From Archangiaceae bacterium (GTDB taxonomy: Bacteria > Myxococcota > Myxococcia > Myxococcales > Myxococcaceae): a stretch of 22,600 nt of DNA. Below are positions 7,915-16,701 of the stretch, in pieces. The notes below the pieces were generated by a model, which saw only the letters and a list, made by a program, of their open reading frames with translations, ran no database searches and was not told the DNA's origin. The position numbers were made by a program, and so were the translations under genes. How positions within the stretch are numbered: the first letter of the stretch is position 1; each line of letters begins with the position of its first letter. The DNA is taken from contig JAYVCD010000460.1 in the NCBI GenBank assembly GCA_043750125.1, forward strand, positions 1 through 22,600, in the 5' to 3' direction.

Positions 7915-9270
7915 TCCGGCGCCTTCATGTTGCAGGTATCGCTCGTCGGCATCTGCACATTGGTGCAGGGCTTGATGTTGTTCAATGAAGGTGCAGGACA
8001 AGAATTGCAGCAACCGGCCGGGGCTTGTTCGCTGCGGTTTCCGTCGTTGCAGTCGGTGACGATCGGGGCCTTCCAGTCTGTACACACAGGGCTGACAAAA
8101 CCGTCTCTGCAAAGTCCGAGAGCGTACGTCACGGCGGCCCAGCTTTTTTTCTGACCACAGGAAAGGGCTTTGGCGGAAGTGGCTGCACAGGTCGCGCAAT
8201 CCTGGTTGGGTGTGGGCTTGGGACTGGCCGGGCCACGCTTCGTACAGCCCCCACAATAATGGGCGCACGCGTAGATCAGATCTTGCCTTTCTGGTCGTGA
8301 TCTTTCGGGTTGTAGGCAGTCTCTGCCATGTGCATCGACTCGTGCATCAGCAACGAACACAGCTCGTCGGAGGTCACTGTGTCGATGGTGTTTCCATTGA
8401 AGTTTGTCTTTGCTGGAATGTCTCCGATGCGCGCCACCGTCGAAGCATCGCGATCGGGGCACAGGTTGTTGCAACCGATTGCCCACCCATCCGTGCTCAA
8501 GTGCGAGTCAACATTGTTCCGCAGCGTTGGGTTCATGCGGTCGATGCAGTCCAATCGCTTACGAACGCAATTCATTGCGGCGCCGAGCTTCGAGCTGCGC
8601 TTCAAGTCACATGCCGAGGCGCCGCTGGTCAGGATCTTCACCCCGGGGACGTTCTTGGCCAGGAAGACACTTTCATCTTCGATGTTTGCTGTCCCATTGC
8701 ACTTGTCTCCGCCCGAACCCGCCTGGTCGGCCCACTGCGCCGTGCCCCATCGCTGGCTCTCGACCCAGAGTCCTTTTTCAGTGGGGTCGACTTCCTCGAT
8801 CCAGAGAAGACCTCCATCGGTCTCGAGGCTTCGCGTGATCCGTCGATCGAACTTGTTGTTGAGGTTCTTGTCGTGGGAAAAAACTGCCTGAAAGGGCGCC
8901 GGCCCGAACTCGTTGCTCTCGGCGAAGTAAAAATTATTCTCGTACCCAATCTGATGAACGCGGCGGCCATCGGGGAACAACTCCACCTCAAACGTGACGT
9001 GAAACGGTCGCGAAACCCATCGCGTCGTGCCCTGCGTCGTGTGGGTCACGGTCAGCTCGCGGGGGCGCCATCGCCATCGAGGTCCGCCGACTCGCCGAGC
9101 TGTGCTTTGCGAAGCTCAATCAGCCAATTCAATGTCTCGTTGTCGACCAATCCGCTCCAGCTCGACGTGTCGAAGCGAATCGGAAAGCCCGCATCCGTTA
9201 CCGGAACCGGGGACGAGCACGACGACCCCAACACCAGACACAAACACGCTGCGGGTCCGAATTGCGTCAT
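7905..9270 (-). pseudogene. Cys-rich HExxH (zincin-like) lipoprotein split by two frameshifts (real pseudogene or sequencing error)
   Basis: Three consecutive ORF pieces join if one base is added near 9061-9065 and one near 8283, giving about 455 aa: lipobox LVLGSSC, DLDGDG, LLMHESMH and a C-terminus with 15 Cys. Confidence 0.7.
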
Positions 9271-9387
9271 GGTCCCGCAGCGTAGACCGAGCCCCGATCG
9301 AACGTTCTCACTTCGAGGGAGCGTCGCCATGGGAGAGAAATACCAGCGCCTTTGCAACCGACCCCCTATGAAGGGCCCGAATCCAAA

Positions 9388-10731
9388 ATGGGCGCACCCT
9401 CATCGCTGAGCCTCAAGCAGGCTTTTCCCGTGTGGCTGAAAATTGGGCTGCTCAGCTTTGGCGGCCCGGCGGGTCAGATCGCGTTGATGCACCACGAGCT
9501 GGTCGAGAAGCGAAAGTGGATCTCGGAAGAGCGGTTTCTGCACGCATTGAACTTCTGCACTTTGCTGCCCGGACCCGAGGCGCAGCAGCTGGCGACGTAC
9601 ATCGGATGGCTGTTGCATCGCACCGTCGGAGGCCTGCTGGCAGGCGGTTTGTTCATCGTGCCCGGTGCCGTGTTGATGCTCTCCTTGAGCATGGTCTACG
9701 CGGTTTTTCATCATGTGCCGGCCATCGAAGCCGTCTTCTTCGGAATCAAGGCCGCAGTCCTCGCCGTGGTGGTCGAAGCGGTCGTTCGAATCGGAAAGCG
9801 CGCCCTGAAGACTCCGGCCGCAGTGGCGATCGCCGCGTTGGCCTTCATCGCCCTGTTTGTCTTCGGCGCGCCGTTCCCGCTGATCATTGCCCTCAGCGCC
9901 TTTGCCGGAGCACTCGGCGTTCCCGTCCGAAAAGGAACGTCGCAGACTGCCCTGGTCGATGAATCTCCTTCGCTGATCGACCAGCTGTTTTCAGCCGGAA
10001 AACTCAAACACACCGTCCCCAATCGGCGGCGAGCGCTCCTCACCGCCTGTCTCTGGCTGGGGCTCTGGGCCGCGCCCGTGTTGGCTCTGTTGCGATGGCG
10101 GGGCCCGGCCGACGTCCTGACCCGCGAAGGAATTTTCTTCAGCGAGGCCGCAGTGGTCACGTTCGGCGGCGCTTACGCCGTCCTCGCGTGGGTGACCCAA
10201 AAAGCCGTCGTCACGTTCGGCTGGCTCTCCGCGGCGCAGATGCTCGATGGCCTGGGCCTGGCCGAGACGACTCCAGGTCCGTTGATCCTGGTGCTTCAGT
10301 TCACCGGATTTCTGGCCGCGTACCAGCACCCCGACGGCCTGCCGCCCCTGGTGGCCGGGCTTCTCGGAGCGCTGATCACGCTTTGGGTCACCTTCGTCCC
10401 CTGCTTCATGTGGATCTTCGTCTTTGCGCCGTGGGTCGAAGCGGCCCGAGGCAACAGGCGGCTCGCAGCGGCCCTCGCAGCAATCACTGCCGCAGTGGTG
10501 GGAGTCATTCTCAACCTCTCGGTGTTCTTCTCGCTTCACGTTCTCTTTGCGCGGGTCGGGGTCTTCACGCTGGGCCCGATGACAATTCCGGCGCCGCAAT
10601 GGAGCTCAATCGATCTTCGCGCCGCTGCCGTGTCTGCCGTCGCCTTCGGAATGTTGTTCGCCTTCAAGCTGGGCCTGGGCCGCACCCTGCTTGCCTGCTC
10701 GCTTCTCGGCGCGCTGCTCAAGGCGGTGTAG
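9388..10731 (+). CDS. chrA: Chromate efflux transporter (long-chain CHR family)
   Basis: KIGLLSFGGPAGQIALMH, LLPGPEAQQLATYIGW, VTFGGAYAVL, GLAETTPGPLI; two homologous halves. Confidence 0.95.
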   Translation: MGAPSSLSLKQAFPVWLKIGLLSFGGPAGQIALMHHELVEKRKWISEERFLHALNFCTLLPGPEAQQLATYIGWLLHRTVGGLLAGGLFIVPGAVLMLSLSMVYAVFHHVPAIEAVFFGIKAAVLAVVVEAVVRIGKRALKTPAAVAIAALAFIALFVFGAPFPLIIALSAFAGALGVPVRKGTSQTALVDESPSLIDQLFSAGKLKHTVPNRRRALLTACLWLGLWAAPVLALLRWRGPADVLTREGIFFSEAAVVTFGGAYAVLAWVTQKAVVTFGWLSAAQMLDGLGLAETTPGPLILVLQFTGFLAAYQHPDGLPPLVAGLLGALITLWVTFVPCFMWIFVFAPWVEAARGNRRLAAALAAITAAVVGVILNLSVFFSLHVLFARVGVFTLGPMTIPAPQWSSIDLRAAAVSAVAFGMLFAFKLGLGRTLLACSLLGALLKAV

Positions 10732-10846
10732 GCCACTGCGGTCAGCTGATCAGGAACTGCTCAAACTCGCTCTTGTTCACAACACAACGGCGTCTGCGGC
10801 GACGTTCAACGCCTGTTCCGGTCTGAATCGTTACCGGCCGGGTTGA

Positions 10847-10862
10847 TGGCGGCCTTCTTGCA
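10847..10862 (+). promoter_or_regulatory. Sigma-54 (-24/-12) promoter
   Basis: TGGCGGC-CTTC-TTGCA matches TGGCAC-N5-TTGCW with exact GG-to-GC spacing, immediately upstream of ATG 10875. Confidence 0.7.
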
Positions 10863-10874
10863 AACTTTCAGAGC

Positions 10875-11327
10875 ATGGAAAAGCTCATTGCCAAGCTGAA
10901 CGACCTGATTGCTCTCGATATCGACGCGGTCAATGCCTACGAGGCCGCCATTACCCGCATGACCATTCCTGCTCTTCAGGAAATGCTTCGAGAATTTCAA
11001 GGAGATCACGAGCGGCACATTCAAGATCTCACCGAGTGCGTGACGCGCTTCGGCGGAGTTCCCCGTAAAACCGCAGATGTGAAAGGGTTTTTTCTCAAAG
11101 GTTTAACCGCGGTGACATCGATGATGGGTGACGAAGCGGCGCTGCAGGCGATGCGCGGCAACGAGACCCTGACCAATCGCACGTACAAGGCCGCGCTCAA
11201 GGTCAACTGGTCGGAAGATGTGCGTGCGTTGATTGAAAAGAATTACGCCGACGAGCAGCGCCATCTGGCGTTCATCGCCGAGTCGATCCGAAATCGATCC
11301 TGGGACCAGACCGCGTCTCACCCCTAA
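10875..11327 (+). CDS. Ferritin-like four-helix-bundle protein (DUF2383/PA2169-like)
   Basis: LNDLIALDIDAVNAYEAA, GDHERH, NETLTNRTY, DEQRH: a pair of ExxH-type helices. Confidence 0.85.
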   Translation: MEKLIAKLNDLIALDIDAVNAYEAAITRMTIPALQEMLREFQGDHERHIQDLTECVTRFGGVPRKTADVKGFFLKGLTAVTSMMGDEAALQAMRGNETLTNRTYKAALKVNWSEDVRALIEKNYADEQRHLAFIAESIRNRSWDQTASHP

Positions 11328-11366
11328 CGCCGACGCGCCAACCGGACTGGTAGGATTGGGTCGCAA

Positions 11367-11941
11367 ATGCGCGCCCGAGCCTGCCCCATTCATCCTGACC
11401 CGATGGATGCGCTGTTCCTCTTTTCCACCGACGGGGGAAGAGAGCTCGAAGTGGATCGTTGCGGTGAATGCGGGTCGCTTTGCTTCGACGCGGGCGAGCT
11501 CGAGATGGCGGCCAACCTTCACGCCCGACCCTCGGATGCCGAGTCCGAATACCCTTGCCCGGTTTGCCGACAGCGCATGCTCGGCGCGAATCTGCCCCGC
11601 AACCTGTTCGCTCACTTTTGCGACAGCTGCCGCGGCACCTTCCTCGACGCCGCGACGCTCGCGGCCTTGAAAAACGAGAAGCTGCCCGTGCTCCCCGAGG
11701 GCAAGCGCCAAAATCCGGGACCGTCGGTTTCAGCTGCGCCCGGTGCCACCAGACCTTTGCCTACTCTCAGGGCAACGCGACGAACAAAGGGCTGATGTGT
11801 CCGGGTTGCGTCGTCAACCCGCAGGTCGAAAAGCTCGACTGGGGTTCCGCCAGCCTGTACCGGGAACCCGGCCAAGAGGTGGACACTGGTTTCGACTTCG
11901 CGCTCCTTTTCGACTCGATTCGCGATCTCTTCGGCCGCTGA
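11367..11941 (+). pseudogene. Multi-Zn-ribbon (zf-TFIIB-like) protein with one frameshift near 11700-11712
   Basis: CPIH...EVDRCGECGSLCFDAGEL and CPVC...CDSCRGTFLD; after the frameshift CARC...CPGC and FDFALLFDSIRDLFGR. One added base gives 191 aa. Confidence 0.72.
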
Positions 11942-12036
11942 CGCGCCGCGCCGTCGGTTTTTCCTACCGCGCTCTCAGAGCGCTCCCCTATACCTCTGCG
12001 CGAATCTTCCACCTCACCAACGGAGTCGAACCGACC

Positions 12037-13587
12037 ATGGCCAACGAAGAAACCTTCATGCGGGCGCCTCCGGTGCAGCCTCGGAAGACCGTTTACACCG
12101 AGGCGATGGAGATTTTTCACCGCGCGGCAGACCTGATGGGTCTCGACAACCGGGTGCGGCTCGAGCTCGAAGAGCCAGACTACGAACACATCTTCTATTT
12201 GACCGTGAAGCTCAAAGATCGCCTCGTCCCGGTTCCGGTCGCCGACGCCGCCGCCTTCAAAGAACTCTCAGTGACCCAGGTGCGCGACCCCGCCGGCCTC
12301 GAGCACCTGTCCGATGGGAAGATCATCCTCAATGGCAAGGCACTGCTGGGCAGCGATGTGTCCATTCGCGGAGGCGTGTTGCGTCTGCCCGACGGGCAGG
12401 TCTACCAACTGGTCCCCGGCGTCACCGAGCGCTTCAAGGCCTACCGGGTTCAGCACAACCAGGCCCGCGGTCCGTACAAAGGCGGCATCCGGTACCACCG
12501 TGAAGTGTCGCTCGACCTCTTCAAGGCGCTCGCCGCAGAGATGACCTGGAAGACCGCGATCGCCGAAGTTCCGTTCGGCGGAGGCAAGGGGGGCATTCAG
12601 CTCGACCCGCGCCAGTACGGCCGCGAGGAGCTGCAGGCCATCTCGCTGCGCTTCATGTACAAATTGAAGTCGCTGATCGGCCCGAACATCGACATTCCCG
12701 CGCCCGATGTGGGCACCAACGGAGAAATCATGGCGCTGTTCCTGCGCCAGTATTCCGACGGCGAGCACGAGCGTCACAACATGCGCGGCGTCGTCACCGG
12801 GAAGGACGTCCGCATCGGAGGAAGCGAAGGGCGCACCAAGGCGACCGGCCAGGGCGTCGCGTACTGCATCGAGGACTACTACGCCGAGAAGGGCGAGTCG
12901 CTGCGGGGCAAGACGTTCACCCTCCAGGGCTTTGGAAACGTCGGCAGCTGGGGCGCCGACATTCTGCAAGGCATGGGAGCCCGGCTGTTGGCGGTCAACG
13001 ACGCCGATGGCACGCTCTACAACCCCGACGGCATCGATGTGCAGTCGCTGATGGCGTACACCTCAGATCCGAAGAACCTCAAGCGCTCGGTCACCGGTTT
13101 CCCGGGAGCACAGGCGATCTCGAAAAAAGACTTCTGGGAAATTCAGGCCGACATCTTGTTCCCCGCGGCGCTCGGGGGTGAAATCACCTCGGAAATCGCA
13201 GAGAAGCTCAAGGTGAAGCTGGTCGCGGAAGGCGCCAACGGCCCCACCACTCCGGAAGCCGACCGCGTTCTCGAAAAGCGGAAGATCGACCTCATCCCCG
13301 ACATCATCTGCAACGCCGGTGGCGTGACGGTCAGCTACTACGAGTGGGTTCAGAACAAGCGCATGGAAAGCTGGACGGAAGCCGAAGTGAACAAGCGGCT
13401 CGAGTTCGCCCTCAAGCGCAACTACCGGATCATTCGGGACATCGCCCGCAACAATCCGCGCAAGACCGACATGCACGACAGCAAGCGGTACTGCATCGAC
13501 CGCACGACCGATACCCGGTGCGCCGCGATGATCCTCGCGCTCAAGCGCATCGAGGCTCATTACCAACTCGAAGGCTTCAGCCAGTAG
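12037..13587 (+). CDS. Glutamate dehydrogenase (Glu/Leu/Phe/Val family) with an N-terminal-domain insertion
   Basis: ATG 12037 after GGAG. Motifs KGGIRYH, MTWK, PFGGGKGG, DIPAPDVGT, QGFGNVG, AEGANGP, NAGGVTVSYYEW. Confidence 0.95.
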   Translation: MANEETFMRAPPVQPRKTVYTEAMEIFHRAADLMGLDNRVRLELEEPDYEHIFYLTVKLKDRLVPVPVADAAAFKELSVTQVRDPAGLEHLSDGKIILNGKALLGSDVSIRGGVLRLPDGQVYQLVPGVTERFKAYRVQHNQARGPYKGGIRYHREVSLDLFKALAAEMTWKTAIAEVPFGGGKGGIQLDPRQYGREELQAISLRFMYKLKSLIGPNIDIPAPDVGTNGEIMALFLRQYSDGEHERHNMRGVVTGKDVRIGGSEGRTKATGQGVAYCIEDYYAEKGESLRGKTFTLQGFGNVGSWGADILQGMGARLLAVNDADGTLYNPDGIDVQSLMAYTSDPKNLKRSVTGFPGAQAISKKDFWEIQADILFPAALGGEITSEIAEKLKVKLVAEGANGPTTPEADRVLEKRKIDLIPDIICNAGGVTVSYYEWVQNKRMESWTEAEVNKRLEFALKRNYRIIRDIARNNPRKTDMHDSKRYCIDRTTDTRCAAMILALKRIEAHYQLEGFSQ

Positions 13588-13611
13588 CGCTCGCTTCGAT
13601 GACTCCAGCCC

Positions 13612-13642
13612 GTCGAGGGCCGCGATCCTGCCGGCCTTCGAC
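13612..13642. terminator. Hairpin between convergent gdh and pilZ genes
   Basis: GTCGAGGGCC-N11-GGCCTTCGAC, a 10-bp stem with one G-U pair; no U tract. Confidence 0.45.
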
Positions 13643-13654
13643 AGAGGCGTGTGT

Positions 13655-14008
13655 TCAGTGCATCACGCGTTCGCGATCGACCAACAGAAGTGGGTGGTCC
13701 TCTTTCGTCTCGTAGGCGACAATGCGCAACCCGACGCCACGGCTTGAGCTCTCGCTCTCTCCGTCGGCCGAGGCGTAGTTCAACGCCACCTGGTATCGCA
13801 CTTCGCACAAGCAGGTCATTTCGGTGCCGTCCTCACCGCTGAAGGTCACCTTGAGCTTGCCTCCCAGTGCCATCGGCTCTCTCGTTTCGACGAAGATGCC
13901 CGAGCCGCTGATGTTCCTGCCTATTCCCCGAGTCATTCCTTCCGGAGTGGTCAGGTACACGGTGAAAACTTTGTCAAAGCGAAGCGTTGTCCGGCGTTCC
14001 TTCAGCAA
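13655..14008 (-). CDS. Single-domain PilZ protein (c-di-GMP receptor candidate)
   Basis: RRTTLR (RxxxR) and NISGSG (D/NxSxxG); TTG start with AAGGA 9 nt upstream. Confidence 0.88.
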   Translation of the reverse strand: MLKERRTTLRFDKVFTVYLTTPEGMTRGIGRNISGSGIFVETREPMALGGKLKVTFSGEDGTEMTCLCEVRYQVALNYASADGESESSSRGVGLRIVAYETKEDHPLLLVDRERVMH

Positions 14009-14106
14009 GTGGGGACATCCTTGGTTCGAGGTCCGCCAAGGGTAGTGGGTGCGCTGATGTAGGCAAGTTATCTACCTGATACGACATCTACTGGAGAAGA
14101 ACCCAT

Positions 14107-14724
14107 ATGTTCCGAGTACTTCTGATTTCAGCTCTCGCTCTTCCCGTGCTGGCCTGGGCCGATGTCGATGCAAGGTTTGCCAAGCTGAGGGACGGGGCGG
14201 AAGCGCTGAGCTCGCTGGGCTCGTTTCTGGACAAATACGTGGGCGACTGCGGCTCGATCCTCGAGGGCGGCGCCGAGTGCGGAAAAAACTCCGAAACGTT
14301 CCGCAAGGAATCGAACGGGAAAAAGTTCTACATGATCCTCACTGAGGACTCGACGGCAGTGCTGTCGATGGCTGGGTTCAACCCCCACGGCGCAGAGGTG
14401 ACCTTCAACCTCACCCCGTTCTTTCCGGCCAGCAACTCGGCGATCACCCATGGGGCTCCCTCGCGAACCGACGCCAACGGCAACCCGGTGTTGCCCTTCA
14501 TCACTTTCAAAGGCGTGCTGCCCGACAGCTGGAACGTGCAGATGATGGCGCGACAGGTATCTTCTCGGCAGATGCGGCTGCAGCTGGTGTTCACGCCTCA
14601 GGGTCTGTGGGAGCTCCCCAAGAAAGGCGGCGGGAAAATTCGTGGAGTGAAGACCCGGCTCGAGGCCGTGCTGGTGACTGTGGGGCGCACTGGCGAACAG
14701 GTCGCGCTGTGGATCAACAAATAG
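14107..14724 (+). CDS. Secreted hypothetical protein
   Basis: Signal peptide MFRVLLISALALPVLAWA, GGAG upstream, one Cys pair. No motif that I can assign with confidence. Confidence 0.82.
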   Translation: MFRVLLISALALPVLAWADVDARFAKLRDGAEALSSLGSFLDKYVGDCGSILEGGAECGKNSETFRKESNGKKFYMILTEDSTAVLSMAGFNPHGAEVTFNLTPFFPASNSAITHGAPSRTDANGNPVLPFITFKGVLPDSWNVQMMARQVSSRQMRLQLVFTPQGLWELPKKGGGKIRGVKTRLEAVLVTVGRTGEQVALWINK

Positions 14725-14732
14725 GGCGCTTG

Positions 14733-16088
14733 TCAGTCGCGCGGCTTGATCGCGACGTAGCGGCTCGAGGCGCCCCGCTGGTACCGCACCAGCACCGGCT
14801 GCCCTGCTCCACCCAGCGCCAGCGCCTCGGGGATCTGGCTGAGCGCGGTGAGCTTCTTCTTGTTCAGCTCGGTAATCAGGTCGCCGACCTGTAATCCGGC
14901 GAGATCTGCGGGGCTGCCGGGCACCACGGACTCGACCAACACTGTGCCTTCGGCGCCGAGAATTTCGCGCAACACCACCCCCAGAGACTCGACCCGCGTC
15001 CCCGTCCCCACCGGAGCAATCGTCGCGACTGCGGGACGCGCGGTGAGCGTGGCGCTGACTTCGAGCGGGCTCTTTCCCCGCAACAGCGACAGCTTCACCG
15101 TGGTGCCCGGCGCGAGCAGCGCGATTCGCCGCAGCAGCTGCAGGTAGGACTCGACCTGCCGACCGCCGACGCCCACCATCTTGTCCCCCGGAAGGATCCC
15201 CGCCTTCGCCGCCGGGCTGCTCTTGTAGACGTCAGAGACGACCGCGGCCTTGTTCGTCCCCTCGCCCACTTCCTGAATGTTGACTCCCAACCACCCCCGC
15301 TCGGCGCGACCATTGGCCAGCAGGTTGGGCAACAAGTCCTTCACCAGGTTGATCGGCACCGCGAAGCCGATTCCCTGCCCCTGACTCACGACCGCGGTGG
15401 TGACTCCGACTACGTCTCCGCGCATGTTGAACAGGGGTCCTCCCGAGTTGCCGGGGTTGATCAGCGCGTTGGTCTGAATGAACTCATCGAAAGGCCCAAC
15501 GCCAATCACCCGCTCGCGCGCTGAGATCAGACCGTGGGTCACCGAGGTGTCGAGGCCGAATGGGTTGCCGATCGCCACCACCCAGTCCCCCACTTCGAGC
15601 TTGTCCGAATCGCCCAGAAAAACGGTGGGCAGATTGGCGGCGCCTTCTCCGCTCAACCTCAACAGCGCCAGATCGGTCGAGGCGTCACGCCCCACCACCG
15701 CGGCATCGAGCTCCCGGCCATCGGCCAACCGAACTCGAATCGACTGCGCCCGCTCGACGACGTGGTTGTTGGTGACGACCAGCCCGTCGGGGTTGATCAA
15801 GAACCCAGAGCCCAACGAGCGGGAAGCTCCCTGGTTGGTCGTGGCGACGTTGACGACGCCCGGGCGCACGGCCTTGACCAGGGGAGCCAGCGAAGCCGGC
15901 GCAATGAACTCGGGCAACGGACTGTTGCCGGGCCGCTCGCGCCACAGCTTTCCGGTGGGCCGCAGCACCGGCTCGGGCGGCCTGGCGGCCTCCTCGTGCT
16001 GACGGACTTTTTCCCGCGCCCAATCGGTTACGTCGTCCGCTCGCGCGGAAGAGCAGACGAGCAAGAGCAGGGCGAGCCAGCGGAGCAT
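14733..16088 (-). CDS. HtrA/DegP-family periplasmic serine protease with two PDZ domains
   Basis: Signal peptide; SLGSGF, TNNHVV, TDLALL, AIGNPFG, INPGNSGGPL; PDZ motifs WLGV...SPAAKAG and SPADLAGLQVGD. Confidence 0.95.
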   Translation of the reverse strand: MLRWLALLLLVCSSARADDVTDWAREKVRQHEEAARPPEPVLRPTGKLWRERPGNSPLPEFIAPASLAPLVKAVRPGVVNVATTNQGASRSLGSGFLINPDGLVVTNNHVVERAQSIRVRLADGRELDAAVVGRDASTDLALLRLSGEGAANLPTVFLGDSDKLEVGDWVVAIGNPFGLDTSVTHGLISARERVIGVGPFDEFIQTNALINPGNSGGPLFNMRGDVVGVTTAVVSQGQGIGFAVPINLVKDLLPNLLANGRAERGWLGVNIQEVGEGTNKAAVVSDVYKSSPAAKAGILPGDKMVGVGGRQVESYLQLLRRIALLAPGTTVKLSLLRGKSPLEVSATLTARPAVATIAPVGTGTRVESLGVVLREILGAEGTVLVESVVPGSPADLAGLQVGDLITELNKKKLTALSQIPEALALGGAGQPVLVRYQRGASSRYVAIKPRD

Positions 16089-16123
16089 GCGCCACGTATT
16101 AGCAGCCCGCTCGGGCCGTTTGA

Positions 16124-16663
16124 TCAGGCCTGAGCAGGAACGACGTAGCGACTGACCTTCACTTTGCCAGGGCGGATCACCTTCCCCTTCGACTGGTAGG
16201 CCGGGCTGACCACGTCGGTGACCCAGCCCTCTTTTTCAGGGTCATCGGTCACTTCGAGGTCGACCGCTTCGGCCAACCGGGGATCATAGGCGTGACCCAA
16301 CAGCTCGACCCGCTCGATCGCTTTGGACTCCAGCTTCTTGAGCATCTTGTCGCGAATCAGCTTCACGCCTTCGAAGAGCCTGGAGCCGTCGGGGACGCGC
16401 AGGCACATGTCCAGCTCATCGATCGCTTCGATCAACGACAGCGCAATGTCCGCCTTCTCTACGTCCACCATCCGCTCGCGCTCGCGCTGCAACCGCTGTT
16501 TGAAGTCCTCGCGATCTTTTTCTCCGGCCTGGTAGGCCCGGGCGAGCTCGTCGATCCGTTTGCGGGCCGCCGCGAGCTCTCCGAGGAGGCGATCGGTGTC
16601 GGGCGCCTGGGGCACTTCTTGTCCCTCGAGCTGAGGGTCCGGCTCTGGGGTCATGTCGTTCAT
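16124..16663 (-). CDS. grpE: Nucleotide exchange factor GrpE-like protein
   Basis: From ATG 16663: coiled coil DREDFKQRLQRERE, LIEAIDELD, YDPRLAEAV, AYQSKGKVIRPGKVKV. Confidence 0.88.
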   Translation of the reverse strand: MNDMTPEPDPQLEGQEVPQAPDTDRLLGELAAARKRIDELARAYQAGEKDREDFKQRLQRERERMVDVEKADIALSLIEAIDELDMCLRVPDGSRLFEGVKLIRDKMLKKLESKAIERVELLGHAYDPRLAEAVDLEVTDDPEKEGWVTDVVSPAYQSKGKVIRPGKVKVSRYVVPAQA

Positions 16664-16701
16664 GGCAGGCTTACGGATAACCAGCGGTAACGACGTGTCA
16701 A

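Noticed and set aside
11743..12036. N-terminal extensions of GDH (and similarly grpE to 17182 and the FG-GAP gene to 1472)
   Set aside because: They overlap other genes, and the downstream starts fit SD, lipobox or family boundaries better.
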